A stretch of 64,000 nt of DNA. It comes from Eledone cirrhosa. Taxonomy: Eukaryota. The stretch is taken from positions 253,828,001-253,892,000 of the forward strand of contig OZ024743.1 of the NCBI GenBank assembly GCA_964016885.1, read 5' to 3'. Made by a program: the position numbers and the translations under genes. Shown here one piece after another: positions 27,538-40,992 of the stretch. Numbering within the stretch: position 1 is the first letter of the stretch; every line of letters begins with the position of its first letter. A model generated the notes under the pieces. It had not been told where the DNA came from, ran no database searches, and saw only the letters and a list, made by a program, of their open reading frames with translations.

Positions 27538-27807
27538 ATATATTGTTCCTATGAACAACTTAATAGTTTAGAATGTAGAGAAGTATACAATTTATCATTG
27601 TCGATGTGAATCCAACAGTGTTTATATGATTATATGTTTATTATATTTTATCTATGTACCTTCCTATATCCACATATACGCATATATGTTCTATGTATAT
27701 ATATATATATATATATATATAATGAAAAATTGAACAGGTACAGAACAGAGAGGCAGTACAATAAATGTTTATTATATTCACGCTCAGGAGAGTGGGGGTA
27801 GGTGGGG

Positions 27808-27842
27808 GACGACGTTTCGGGCATAAGCCCTTCTTCAGGTGA
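27808..27842 (-). ncRNA. Minimal type I hammerhead in a PLE 3' fragment (27720-28290)
   Basis: cac-CTGAAGA-a-gggc(ttat)gccc-GAAA-CG-TC-gt. Stem I is weak. Confidence 0.6.
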
Positions 27843-28478
27843 GAAGTGTGTGGGAACAGAGTTCAAAAGGTGTGTAGGGGAGTGGTGGAGAGACATATAG
27901 CGAAAGGAAACGATGCGAATGAAAAATTAACAAATAAAGACAAAAAATATAATAAATAAAAATAAAGCATGATCAAAATACAAGGAATGAGAAAATTTAA
28001 AAATAAAGGCATGATCAAAATAAACTGAAATTAAAAGGGGGTTAAACAGGTGGTGGAAGGGTGTGGGGTGAGTAGGGGTGGTAGCGGGTGGAGTGGGGAG
28101 AAGGAGACGGGGTGTCCGAGCGGGGAGGGCTGAAGGTGGTGTGTGTGGTTAGGTGTGCGTGTGTGTGTGTGTGTGTGTATGTGAAAGTGAGGGTTGGGGG
28201 AAGAACGGGGTTGCATGTTCAGGAAGGTGTGTGTGGGGGGTGTTTTTGTGGGTCGGAGTGTCTGTGCGTGTGTGGAGAGGGGGGGGGAGATGAATCAGGA
28301 GGCTGCTATATATATATATATATATATGTACGTGTGTGATTGTTTTTGTGAATGTCATAGTGATAACTTGTTCCCTGACTATTTGAGATTTTCACTAGTA
28401 TGACACAGAATGTGACAAGGTTAGATATTTGAATTACAGGCACAATTCATTTTTGCCAGCTGAGTAAACTGGAGCAAC

Positions 28479-29103
28479 ATGATCGAGAGAAGACTACGTT
28501 GGTATAGTCACGTGATGCGCATGAAAGACGACAGCTGTATAAAAAAGTGCAGGGCGATCAAAATAGACGGTAGCTACGGAGTAGGCAGACCCACAAAAAC
28601 CTGGGACGACTTGATAAATTCCGACCTCACACATTTACACCTCTCCAAAAGAATGTCACTGGACCGAGATCTTTGGCGCTACGCAGTAATACAGAAGACC
28701 CGCCATGCCTAAGTACAAAGCGAAACCTACAGTCAGTAGGCACCTCTTAACCAAAATACACCCCCGTCCCACTACCCCTACCGCCACCCCCATCTACACC
28801 ACCCCTTTCGATGTAAAGTTATGTTGGTATCACAACATCCAGTCCTAAATAAATGAGGTCGTGTAGGTGTCACGACAAAAAACCACAGTCCACGCTGTAA
28901 TGTGGCCGTGTAGGTAACACGGTAAAAACCTCCCAGTCCACACTGTAAACGTTGTTGGTGTTAGGAAGGGCATCCAGCCGTAGAAAACCCACCAGACAGT
29001 CCTATACGAACAAGACAACGAATCTTGTCTCAAGTAGGACAATTCCCGTCCAAACCCATGCTAGCGTCGAATAAGGACGTTAAACGATGATGATAATGAT
29101 GAT
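28479..29103 (+). mobile_element. RTE-clade LINE 3' end
   Basis: ERRLRWYSHVMRM..G..GRPTKTWDDLINSDL..DRDLWR C-terminus, followed by a 3' UTR ending ggacgttaaacgatgatga. Confidence 0.8.
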
Positions 29104-29474
29104 ATATATAAAATGGCTGACTGAATACGCATGTGTGTTGTTCCCCTTTTTTGTCTATCATTTTTCCACATTCTTTCCTCTTCTCACTATTTATATTTAT
29201 ATTTGTCTTCTATTTCTAACTATCTTCTGTTGAAGGTCTACTGTCTGAAACGTTAAGAATATTTTTCTGCTATTTCATGCGTTAAACTAATAGATTTCTT
29301 CAATATACTGTGTTGTTTACTTCACTATATCTGTTTCCTTTTCACACAAATACACGAACATATAAAATATATATATATTAAAGAGTTAAACAAGATTCAA
29401 TGAGTATATCAAAGAATGAGTTTTACAGTAGATTGGAAGCACTCTACGAAAAAATAATTTTCCAGAGTTATTAA

Positions 29475-29685
29475 TATTAAAATACATATATTTAATAAAA
29501 TAGATGTTCTTTTTATCAATTACATTTTATTATACATATTTCGGATGTACAACAGTACATTTTACATCTCAGGGTATGTCATGTATCATTATATTTTGTC
29601 TGATGAGGACGTACTGTTGTACATCCGAAATATGTATAATAAAATGTAATTGATCAAAAGAACATCTATTTTATTAATATTTGTA

Positions 29686-29693
<8 letters not shown>
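29475..29693. repeat. Inverted repeat (~84 bp arms) enclosing a hammerhead
   Basis: 29475-29558 is the reverse complement of 29611-29693. The left arm starts inside stem II. Confidence 0.85.
29591..29647 (+). ncRNA. Type I hammerhead
   Basis: atattttgt-CTGATGA-gga.gtac(tgtt)gtac.tcc-GAAA-tatgta-TA-ataaaatgt, with a 9-bp stem I. Confidence 0.8.
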
Positions 29694-29774
<81 letters not shown>

Positions 29775-29779
<5 letters not shown>

Positions 29780-30557
29780 GATAAGCAGAACAAGCAAACT
29801 TCAACCAATTTTTTAAAATATAATTTAAATATTTACCTATTCTTTTGGCCCTTACCGATCGGTTTCGCTTTGTAAAACACCAGAAATCCAATGGATTTCC
29901 AATGGAAAATCAAAGCTCATCAGAGAAGCATTTTCCTTTCCTAGGGCTAAAGACCCAGGAACGATAAAATATATTGTTATCTGCCAGCTAGCACAGATCC
30001 AAAAGGCCGAAAAATGACCTGTACGTGAACTACCCGAGGTGAAAGCGGGAAAACCATAGACGGGTTGTCTATCTCGTTACTAAAAATAGCAGCTAAATAT
30101 AAACAACAGATTTGTTCTCAACATAACGGAGTGTATTAATAGAAGAGTTTAATATGCCCGTGGGTACTAAATACCCCTGGAAATATATAGGTTGTCTATG
30201 ATTTAAGGTTGTTCTATGGTATTAATTTGGCATACCAGAACTATAATATTAAGATAAGCAGAACAAGCAAAATTCAACCATTTTTTTTTAAAATAAATTA
30301 AAAAATATAATTGAAATATTTACCTATTCTTTTGGCCCTTACCGATCGGTGTCGATCGGTAAGGGCCAAAAGAATAGGTAAATATTTAAATTATATTTTT
30401 TTAATTTATTTTTAAAAAAATTGGTTGAATTTTGCTTGTTCTGCTTATCTTAATATTATAGTTCTGGTATGTCAAAGTAATACCATAGAACAACCTTAAA
30501 TCATAGACAACCTATATATTTCCAGGGGTATTTAGTACCCACGGACATATTAACTTC

Positions 30558-30562
<5 letters not shown>
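29775..30562. mobile_element. pLTR partial tandem plus ~210-bp-arm palindrome
   Basis: 29775-29863 repeats directly at 30247-30350. 30140-30350 and 30354-30562 are inverted. (TA)n lies on both sides. Confidence 0.85.
29841..29953 (-). ncRNA. Type I hammerhead with interrupted stem I and long loop II
   Basis: tctttagccct..ct-CTGATGA-gctttg..caaagc-GAAA-ccgatcgg-TA-agggccaaaaga, containing the 10-bp palindrome ACCGATCGGT. Confidence 0.75.
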
Positions 30563-30592
<30 letters not shown>

Positions 30593-31029
30593 TACCTATA
30601 TATATATCTGTACACATATATATATATATATTTATGCACACACACATATTACTTTAGTATGTGTTCCAGCTGACAGGCTGAGGTGATCCTGGAACAGTGC
30701 CACCATATATATATATGAATGTATACAATTATATATATGTGTGTGTGAATGTGTACGGACTTGTAACTGTTGCTGGAGTCGTGGAGATGCAACATTGACA
30801 TACAGTATATCTTCGGCATTTTAAATCGGGTAGAGCCCATCCACTCTAGACGAGAAAACATCCGATCTCTCCCAGAAAAAGAGAAAGGGAGTGAGAGAAA
30901 GGAACTGAGAGATATAGAAGAAGAATCAAGCCTAGTAAATTGTGTTTGATGTATTATATACATATATACATTCACACAATTATGCATATATATACTTATC
31001 CACCTTATTCCATTATTATTTGTAGCTCG

Positions 31030-31880
31030 ATATGATGGCTGTTCTAACCAAATTTCTTCAATGTTTTAAAACACAAACCTTCTTCTTCACCCACTTATTC
31101 CTGAATGGGTCATGGGAGCAGGGTCCTCAAACACTCATTTCAGTAGGTTATGTCAGAAGCAACTGTCTTCAACTGATCCAGCTAGATCCCCAAGAGAGAC
31201 CAGCCAAGCTCATGGATGTTATCCAGCCATCTTGCTCAGTGTCTACCCCTGGGTCTCTTGCTGGTTGATTTTGCCCATACAATGTCACCACCGATTCTTT
31301 CATAAAACATTCTAACCACATGCCCATAGTATCAAAGCTGTGATCTCTCAATATAGAGAAGTAGTGGCTGTAACTGGAGTGACTCTCTGATCTCCGAGCT
31401 ATGCACTCTTTCAAGTAACATTACTACAAAGACCCTCCGAAGAAGACTGTTTTGGCTGCTTGTATTTGTAATCGTCATGGCACAAATACCAAATTGAAGA
31501 CAGCGATTTTGACTTTTACACATACTTCCCTTCTTCTGATTACTGCATCCTTAAGCAGGCACATTACTGTACCATCTCCTGCAAATCTTGCAGCTTCCTC
31601 CTTCCATCACTTATGAATATGACCCTGAGATATTTGAAGTTCTCTTCCTACTTTAGTGGAACTCCATTCACATGCATACTGCATTGTACAGGCTTCCTTG
31701 ATAGGACGAGCGCGTCAGATTTTGCAACACTGATTTCCAATCCAGCTATGCAGCACTTGGCATCAAACCTATTGAATGAAAGTTGGAGATCGCCTTCTGA
31801 CGTGCTAAATAACACCATTTCATCTGCAATTTCCAGCCGACTGATTTTACATCCACAAGTCATGATAAGACTTCTAACCC
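31030..31880 (-). mobile_element. Decayed RTE-clade LINE fragment (second family)
   Basis: EIADEMVLFSTSEGDLQ..F..C..AGLEISVAKSDALVL..ENFKYL. A related fragment lies at 54354-54730. Confidence 0.7.
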
Positions 31881-32148
31881 AACGGCACATGTCAATCCTG
31901 TTTGTGTAAATAATGAACAGGTGAGGTAAATAATGAACCATTTTCGATATATTGAAACATTTCTCTGTGTAGAAATAAAAATACTTTCAAATCTCATTGT
32001 ATATTCACTTATTCTTTTACTGGCTTCAGTTAGTAGACTGAGGTCATTCTTGACCACTACATTGATTTAGTCAATCATATTGACCCAAGTCCATTTAAAA
32101 AAGAAACTAGTACCTATTATATTGATCTTAGCCAATTTATGGACAACA

Positions 32149-33410
<1,262 letters not shown>

Positions 33411-35950
33411 TGAGTCCTTGTCTCACTACCATGCAGCATCGCGCTCCTCACACAGGCATCATATAACCGGCCTTTCATACGCAGGGAGAATCCCTTCTTC
33501 TTCCGCAGAGGAAACAGCTCCCTAAACGTCTTCCAACCCGTCCTTATTCTAGATACTATGGCCTCGGAGTTTTGTCCACTTTTCTACTCATCAACACTTT
33601 TGTCATAGCTAGGTTCACTCTCAGTTCTCTTGCTTCCAACTGCTGTTCCATAGCCAGAATTTATTCTCTAGCTCCTCTACTGATTCTGCTATAAGAACCA
33701 GATCGTCAGCATAGAGAAGTTCCCATGGACAGCCAGTCTTAAGCTCCCTTGTTATGGCTTGGAGGACTATAATGAACACGAGCGGGTTGAGGACCGAACA
33801 TTGAAGCACTCCTACTTGTATCTGGAATTCCTCACTAAACTCCATTCCTACCCTGACTTTACTGAGAGCACTTCTGTACAAAGTTTGCACTGTCCTCACA
33901 AGCCATTCTTCAACACCTAGTTTAATTATAGACCACCAGATGACAGATCGGGGTACCCTATCAAAGGCCTTCTCCAGGTCAACAAAGGCTAAGTATAGTG
34001 GTTTATTCTTCTCTAAGAATCTCTCTTGTAATTGTCTCACCAAGAAGAGGGCATCTGTTGTACTTTTCCCAGGCACAAACCAAACTGCATCTCATCTAGT
34101 TTGACCCTTTCTCTAATTAGTTGTGCTAATATCCTTTCTGCCACTTTCATAACCTGATCCATCAGTTTTATACCCCTATAATTGCTCCTCTCCAGAGCAT
34201 CCCCTTTACCTTTGTAGCAATTTATGAGAATACTGCTGCACCAGTCTTTGGGTATGACACCACCATATATAGCCTGATTGATGATGCGTGCAACTAGTTT
34301 AGTGCCTACGTCGCCTGATGCCTTCAGCATCTCAGCAACTATCCCTGACGGTCCAGCAGCCTTACCATTTTTCATTTCCTTAATCCCCTCTTGGAATCTA
34401 TATTCATCAATCTCAATAGCTGGTCCCTCTGTCGAATCTACTAAGGGTAATTTCTCCCTCTCCCATTCGTTCTCCACATTCATCAGTCTCTCATAATGAC
34501 ATTTTCAGGCCTCCTTTTTCTGATTATTCGTGACACTGAGTACACCGGCATCATTCCAGACACATTTATCTCCAACAAAATCTTGATTTGCATCGACAGA
34601 CTGCCTTGCAATGTGGAACACCACACGTCTCTGATCTTCCCGTCGCAGAACATTGGCAAACCTCCTACTCTCAGCCTCCCTGCGTGCTAAGTACACCTGA
34701 TGTCTAGCTTCTGTATATCCTTCTCTACTCCCACCCTTCCATGCTAGTCTCTAATTGCCTTATCTACTGTGCTGTTCCACCACCAGGTCTCTCTCTGTCT
34801 GGTTGGAGCTCTGTTCCAGCCACAAGTTTCATCAGTAGCCTGCAGTAAGTTCTCACGTAAGAAATTCCAGTTAGAATCTATGTCATACGTCTCTAAATAG
34901 TCTTCTTTTTCATCATACACATCTTGAAGGGCCTTCCTAAATTTGTATTTTAGTGAAAGGTCTTTTAGCTTCCAGACCTTTCTTCTCCACACCTTCCTGT
35001 ATGACTCATTCCATCTCTTGTTTACTGAGATATCACTAACGACTAACTTGTGGGATACATTCTTCCCCAGGGTATGCCTTGGAATTTGACACCATCTGCC
35101 CGTCCCGCTGCCTAACTAGTAAGAAGTCAATCTGGCTCATGTGCTCACCTGATTTGTAGGTTATTAGGTGATTGGCAGGTGTCTGGGAAGTTAATGTTGC
35201 AAATAGTCAAGTGTACTTGCATCACAAAATTCAAGAAGTCTCACTCTTTCTTCATTTCTTGAGCCGTAACCGTGCCCACCATGTACCCCAGTGTAACCAT
35301 CCTTGAGCTGTCCAACATGACCATTGAAGTCCCCTGTTAACATAATGATGTCGCCGTCCTCTGTCATTGCGGTTGCTTGTAAAAGTTGCTCGTAAAAGCA
35401 GTCATTCTGTTCTTTGCCTAGACCTTCTTGGGGTGCATAGGCAGAGATGATTGTCAGTACTCTCCTGCCTACAACTAATCTAAGTTTAATTATTCTATTA
35501 TTAACTTGAACTACCTCTATTGTCTTATTAATCGATCTCTCAGCCAGGAAAATGCCTACTCCCCCTAACCCATCATCCTTACCTGCCCAGAAAAGCGTAT
35601 AGCTAAGATGTTTGCCTACGACTAGTCTCGCAGAGGCACCTCTCCATCTCACCTCTTGCATGCAGCCCACATCCAGATGCCTTCTCTCCAGCATCTCCGC
35701 TATTTCTGCAGATCTACCTGTGAGAGTGCCAACATTAAGTGTTCCAACTCTGGAATGCGACGTCTTCATATTTGTTGTTGTTCCTATATACTTGTTGCTG
35801 TGGTTATAGTTGTTTTGGCATTGATACACTGGTTGGATGCCCTTCCTAACACCAGTGCCACTTTACAGCATGGACTGGGTGCTTTTATTCGTGCCACCAC
35901 TACTAGAGAGGATGTCTTACTGGACTAATAGGCCCTTTCTACACCTCCAT
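33411..35950 (-). mobile_element. RTE-clade LINE (AP endonuclease + RT), frameshifted and 3'-truncated
   Basis: TLNVGTL..QEVRW..SAYAPQ..GDFNGHVG (APE), KGKGDALERSNYRGIKL, FVDLEKAFDRVP and LLYADDL (RT). Confidence 0.92.
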
Positions 35951-36150
35951 TTTACAGCATGGTCATAACAAAAAGAAAAGAAAAAAAAAGAGAGTACACA
36001 AGGTGAAACTCCAGACTACCAAAACACATCACTTTGCAATAATAAATATATGTAGATATATTTATTTCTGTATTTATCAAGTGAGACCATCAAATATCAA
36101 ATCATCCAATATGTTGATATATATATATTATTATTGTTGCGAAGTGAAGA

Positions 36151-36205
36151 GGCTTATTACTCTGGAGTTTCACCTGTGTACTCTCAGGATCATCAGACAT
36201 AACTC
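36151..36205 (-). ncRNA. Type I hammerhead with an inverted partial copy at 35990-36051
   Basis: ttatgt-CTGATGA-t-cctg(agagtaca)cagg-t-GAAA-ctc(ca)gag-TA-ataa. Confidence 0.7.
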
Positions 36206-37394
36206 ATCATTTAGTCAAAATACAGAATATTATTAAAATCTACTTTGGTACTGTGTACTCACTCTTGTATCTATCAACATCACATGGGTATGTATATATA
36301 TATATACACATACATACACTTACGCTCATACATACACGCACTGCATACACACACACACATGCATACATACACATATGTATATAAACATACATACATATAT
36401 ACATATATAGTGTTGGCTTCTTAACTGAAGAGAAGTCATTCTCTATCCTATTAGATAAAGCAGCATTGTATGTCGGGTAAGAACAGCATTAGTGTCACCT
36501 CCTCCACTTACCTGGAAGTAAATATAGGAAAAAGAAGAATGTGAGGAAGGCAAGCATTTGCAATGGAAATTGTTATGTTGTCTGGGTGGTTTATGGTGTG
36601 ACGGGTGATGCAGTCATTGAGTGGTGATCCTATATTAATAGACAAGAAAACATGAGTTATGGAGAACTGCCTTGTTGTTTTTGGTGTTGTTGTTGTTCGT
36701 CTTCTTTCTTTCATCCATTTATCAATATTTATACACCAGACATCAACCGGAAAACATGCCCAAGAAAAAAAAAATAATCTATAATCTCATGGCTTTATGT
36801 GGTGCATAATGGTAAAATACCTGAATAAAGAGACAAGCTAAAGAAGGAAAGCCAGTGCCCCACTCCCTCTCCCTAACTTCAACCCCATCACTGCTACCAT
36901 TCAGCCACCAGACTCTTGCCACTAGAAGCTTAGACAAAACCGAATATTAACAAAACAAACTACACCACATTCACCACACACATCAAACAAACTGAATAAG
37001 AAAGAAAGAAAGAATGGAAACAAAGGAAATAATGAAACAAAGCCATTCTTATTTGGAAACATTTTAGTCTTCTTGTTCTTCAAGAGAGAGATCTGCGAGA
37101 TTGGATTTAGAGTTTTGATGCAAAAACTAGTCACTTAGAATCAGATGGAACTTTTCAGTAAGATCTTTTTGTATTCACAGACACCAGGAATATTTACCAA
37201 AGTTAAATTTAGCAGAATGTAGGATTTGACTGTATTTACTTCAGTGAACAGTCTGCAATGGAATTCCACTGTGACATATTCTTTCTTCAAGGTCAGTTTT
37301 AACGGAAAGAACTGGGTAATGGATGCCCACAAGGATGTTAGACAATTATGGAATATATAAAGAATATTTATGTTGAATGTATGTATATGTGTGT

Positions 37395-37450
<56 letters not shown>

Positions 37451-37513
37451 ACAAATGTATTCATATGAATGATTATGTATATATGAGTATATATGTGTGT
37501 ATATATACATATA

Positions 37514-37576
<63 letters not shown>

Positions 37577-38658
37577 AACTAGGTTATTATGGATACAATT
37601 ATGTTGGATAGTTTCAGAGAATATCTGGAATACCAAACATTCCTGCCTAAAATCTTGGATCAAGTGCAAGATCATGTAGCTATTTCCTTTGTTGGTGTGT
37701 GTGTAAATAAATTTATATATATATATGTGTGTGTGTGTAAAGTTAAGAGCTTGCTAGGTAAAAACCAGGAAAACCATTATTCAACATACTACTACCATTA
37801 AGCTTTCACTATTTTTATTTGTTATCGAAATGGTAAATGCTTAACCATTGGGCAGAAAATCCTTATAATATATATATATATCACAAGGGAAAAAGTAGTA
37901 CAAAGCACAGAAATAATGCAGGAATAGACAAAAAATGAAAACATTTCAAATATTTTATTTATCTAATTCATGTTTCTACAAGAATGAGAAGAATAGATTT
38001 AAATGAATAACAAAATTATATAACCCTTGTACCTGCTTTTTGTGGTTCTGGAATAGGCTTTCGAGAAGGTTCTCTGTTTTATTATCAATTATGTGCTAAT
38101 TGCGGATGAGTTGAGTGGCTTGTGAGGTCTTCTGGACATGTGTGGATGTGAAACCGATACGATGAGCTGTGGGCAGGGGATGTGTGTCCTTTATTTTTAT
38201 GGTATTATTTATCATATTATTGCCTCTAATAAAATGGTAGTAAAAATATAGCAACATGACTGATGATTGGACCATGAGGGTCTGGAAACATTACCAATAT
38301 TATAGATTTTTCCAGCATCATTATTCCAAAGAACTCTAGAAGACATATTTAAAAACTTCAGAACATTTTAATGAAAGAAATTGAAAGTGGAATGTAGTTT
38401 TTTCTTCAGCAACTCATGTATAAAAGAAAGGATATTCCCCATATACATGAATATATGTTTATCTCTTTTTCAATTGTTTTCCTTGTTTTCCTCTTCTCAA
38501 CCTTTTTAATTTCTCATTCTATCTTCTGATGAAGGACTAGTGTCTGAGTCATTAACTCTTTTCCTATTATTTCAAGTGTTGAACTAACGTATTTTTCATT
38601 GTAGTGTTGTATACTTTTAACACACACACACACATATATGCACACATACATGTGTACG

Positions 38659-38746
<88 letters not shown>

Positions 38747-39000
38747 TAATGAGGATGATAATGTGAATATACATATATACATATATATTTATATATATAT
38801 ATATGCAGTAATGTTGATGATAATGTTGATATATATATCCATGCAAGCCAGAAAAATTGAAGTATAATGATTATATATGTTTGACTATCTACCTACATCT
38901 TTTTAGTTGTAATTAAATACATACAAACGTATATACATATATACATATATCTATGTCCGGGTGCATGTGTGTGTGTGTGTATCATCAGCCATCTTATATA

Positions 39001-39086
39001 CTTGCCTGATGAAGAGCATTCTCAAGTAAACCATAATGAACTCTTGTGGCAGATACAGGGGTATGTTTTGAAACTCTCTATAGCAG
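39001..39086 (+). ncRNA. Probable decayed hammerhead with long stem II
   Basis: ttgc-CTGATGA-agagcat..atgtttt-GAAA-ctctcta-TA-gcag. Stem III does not pair. Confidence 0.45.
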
Positions 39087-39195
39087 ACATGGATAATATT
39101 TCTGCTCTGTTGAAACATTGAGTGCTCTATTTCCTTCATCCTTCCTTCAGAAATCCTTGCCAATACACACACACATATGCGTACACATGCCCATC

Positions 39196-39234
<39 letters not shown>

Positions 39235-39269
39235 ACACACACACACCTACACACACACGCATAAATATA

Positions 39270-39340
39270 CAGGGTGTCCCCCCAAAATGTTTACACACCT
39301 TTATGTTGTTGAAGTGTGCATACATTTTTTGGACACACTG
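39270..39340. mobile_element. 71-bp Tc1/mariner-type MITE
   Basis: TA|CAGGGTGTCC..AAAATGT ... ACATTTT..GGACACACTG|TA. Confidence 0.7.
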
Positions 39341-39354
39341 TATCATTATTTCAT

Positions 39355-39690
39355 CATTTCATTTTTACGTCCGTTTTTCCCTGCTTCCAAGGGTGGGACG
39401 GGAACTGATGCTGGCTTGATTTCTACAGCTGGATGCCCTTCCTAACACCAACTTCATTTACAGTGAGCGCTGGGTGCTTTTTTGCCATGGCACTTCCATG
39501 ACCACTTTTCAGTGGAATGATAGGGACCCCAGTCCCTATCATCTCATTTCTACAGCTGAGTAAACTGGAGCAATGTGAAATAAAGTTTCTTGCTCAAGGA
39601 AACAACACATCACCCAGTCTGAGAATAGAACTCACAATCTTTCGATTGCAAGGCCAATGCTCTAACCACTAAGCTATGTGCCTCCAATAG
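39355..39690 (-). mobile_element. SINE family A, near full length
   Basis: Head ggaggcacatagcttagtggttagagc (A box), a B box, the central domain and an RTE-like tail. Confidence 0.8.
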
Positions 39691-39721
39691 CCATGTGCCT
39701 CCTGTATCTATATATATATAA

Positions 39722-39908
39722 TTGTTTCTACTTTTGGCACAAGGCCATCAATTATCCAGTATATTACTGGTACTTTATTTTATCGACCACGTAAGGATGA
39801 AAGGCAAAGTTAACCTCAGCGGGATTTGAACTCAGACTGTAAAGGGAAGTAACTATGCTGGAAAGCATGGCGTCCGACCCTCTTCCAATACTGCCAATCC
39901 ACCGCCCT
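39722..39908 (-). mobile_element. SINE family B (Meta-domain-like)
   Basis: gagttcaaatcccgctgaggttaactttgcctttcatcc..gtcgataaaataaagtaccag. Confidence 0.75.
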
Positions 39909-40174
39909 TATATATATATAATAACCAATTTTTCACAAACTTATTAATTTGTGTTTGAGATACGTTGGCTGAGAGCTTATGATAGGAGCAGAACTATTTG
40001 AATTCTAGTCTCCTGCTATCACATAAATTTATAAATTGGTAGCCAATCATGGGACAGCATTGTAATGAGATTCCAGTTGTTAATCGCTTTACTATGTTGG
40101 CCATCACAAACAGTCAAAACTGGCACGGACTGGGGTCGAAATCTGTCGATCAATTGGTTATTGATTAGGCGAAA

Positions 40175-40285
40175 CCCACTGATGAAGCCACATGCGCCGA
40201 TTATGCATTGTTGCATAATATATGCGGACAGAGGGTGCAGTTCACCCTACTGCTACATTAAGTGTGGCCGAAACTCAAGTTTGGG
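40175..40285 (+). ncRNA. Type I hammerhead with multibranched stem II
   Basis: ccca-CTGATGA-a-gccaca[attatgca/tgcataat; agggtg/caccct]tgtggc-c-GAAA-ctcaag-TT-tggg. Confidence 0.75.
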
Positions 40286-40665
40286 AACTATTGTATTGAA
40301 ACAAATAACTATGTGTATACTCTGGAAGTTTATTTAACATTACCTATTGAGTACGCTGAGATGCAACCGGTCCTAGCAGTGATACCTATGCTATGTCTGT
40401 CAACTTATTATATATATATATATATCATCATCACCGTTTTACGTCCGTTCTTCCACACTAGCATGGGTTATATATATATGTATATATATGTAGGAGGTGA
40501 GTTTTATTGTAGTACAATAAAGCAATGCAGATATCGGATAAGAAGCACTCTACAGTTTGTGGGACTGGAGTATGCATAATATAAGATCAAAAGATGGTTA
40601 AAGATATGTTGATTTAAAACTGCACTATCAACAAGTGTTTTTTTAGCCTTCATATCATGTTCTCC

Positions 40666-40736
40666 TGTTTTATCTGATGAAAACACAAATATTATTGTTT
40701 GATGATGTTTGTTTTTGAAATGCGCATAATAAAATA
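40666..40736 (+). ncRNA. Type I hammerhead
   Basis: tgttttat-CTGATGA-aaa.acaaatattatt(gttt)gatgatgtttgt.ttt-GAAA-tgcgca-TA-ataaaata, with the palindrome ATGCGCAT. Flanked by the inverted repeat 40574-40603/40748-40778. Confidence 0.8.
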
Positions 40737-40911
40737 TATTGAACTCCTTTAACCATCTTTTGATCTTATATTATGTATATATATATACTTATCTTTTCTG
40801 ACACTATAAGCCAAAGGAAATTTTAGTTCTCTTTGATCTCCTTTTCCAGCATGGCTATTATTTGATACACTTTTTACACTATTTTCTTTTGTTTTCTTTT
40901 GTTTTTTTCAG

Positions 40912-40992
40912 AAACAGGCTGTTATATTGATTGAACAACTGGAACACTCCCCATTGGAACTAATGGAGATACAATCCAATTCTAATTTCTGA
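40912..40992 (+). CDS. Candidate terminal coding exon of an unidentified host gene
   Basis: A long polypyrimidine tract ends in CAG at 40909-40911, then KQAVILIEQLEHSPLELMEIQSNSNF*. About 2.7 kb of microsatellite-free sequence follows, ending in clustered AATAAA (43733-43754) and a GU-rich tract. Confidence 0.3.
   Translation, partial: KQAVILIEQLEHSPLELMEIQSNSNF

Noticed and set aside
39620-39690. tRNA gene
   Set aside because: The A/B boxes belong to a SINE head followed by a shared body and tail, and there is no full cloverleaf.
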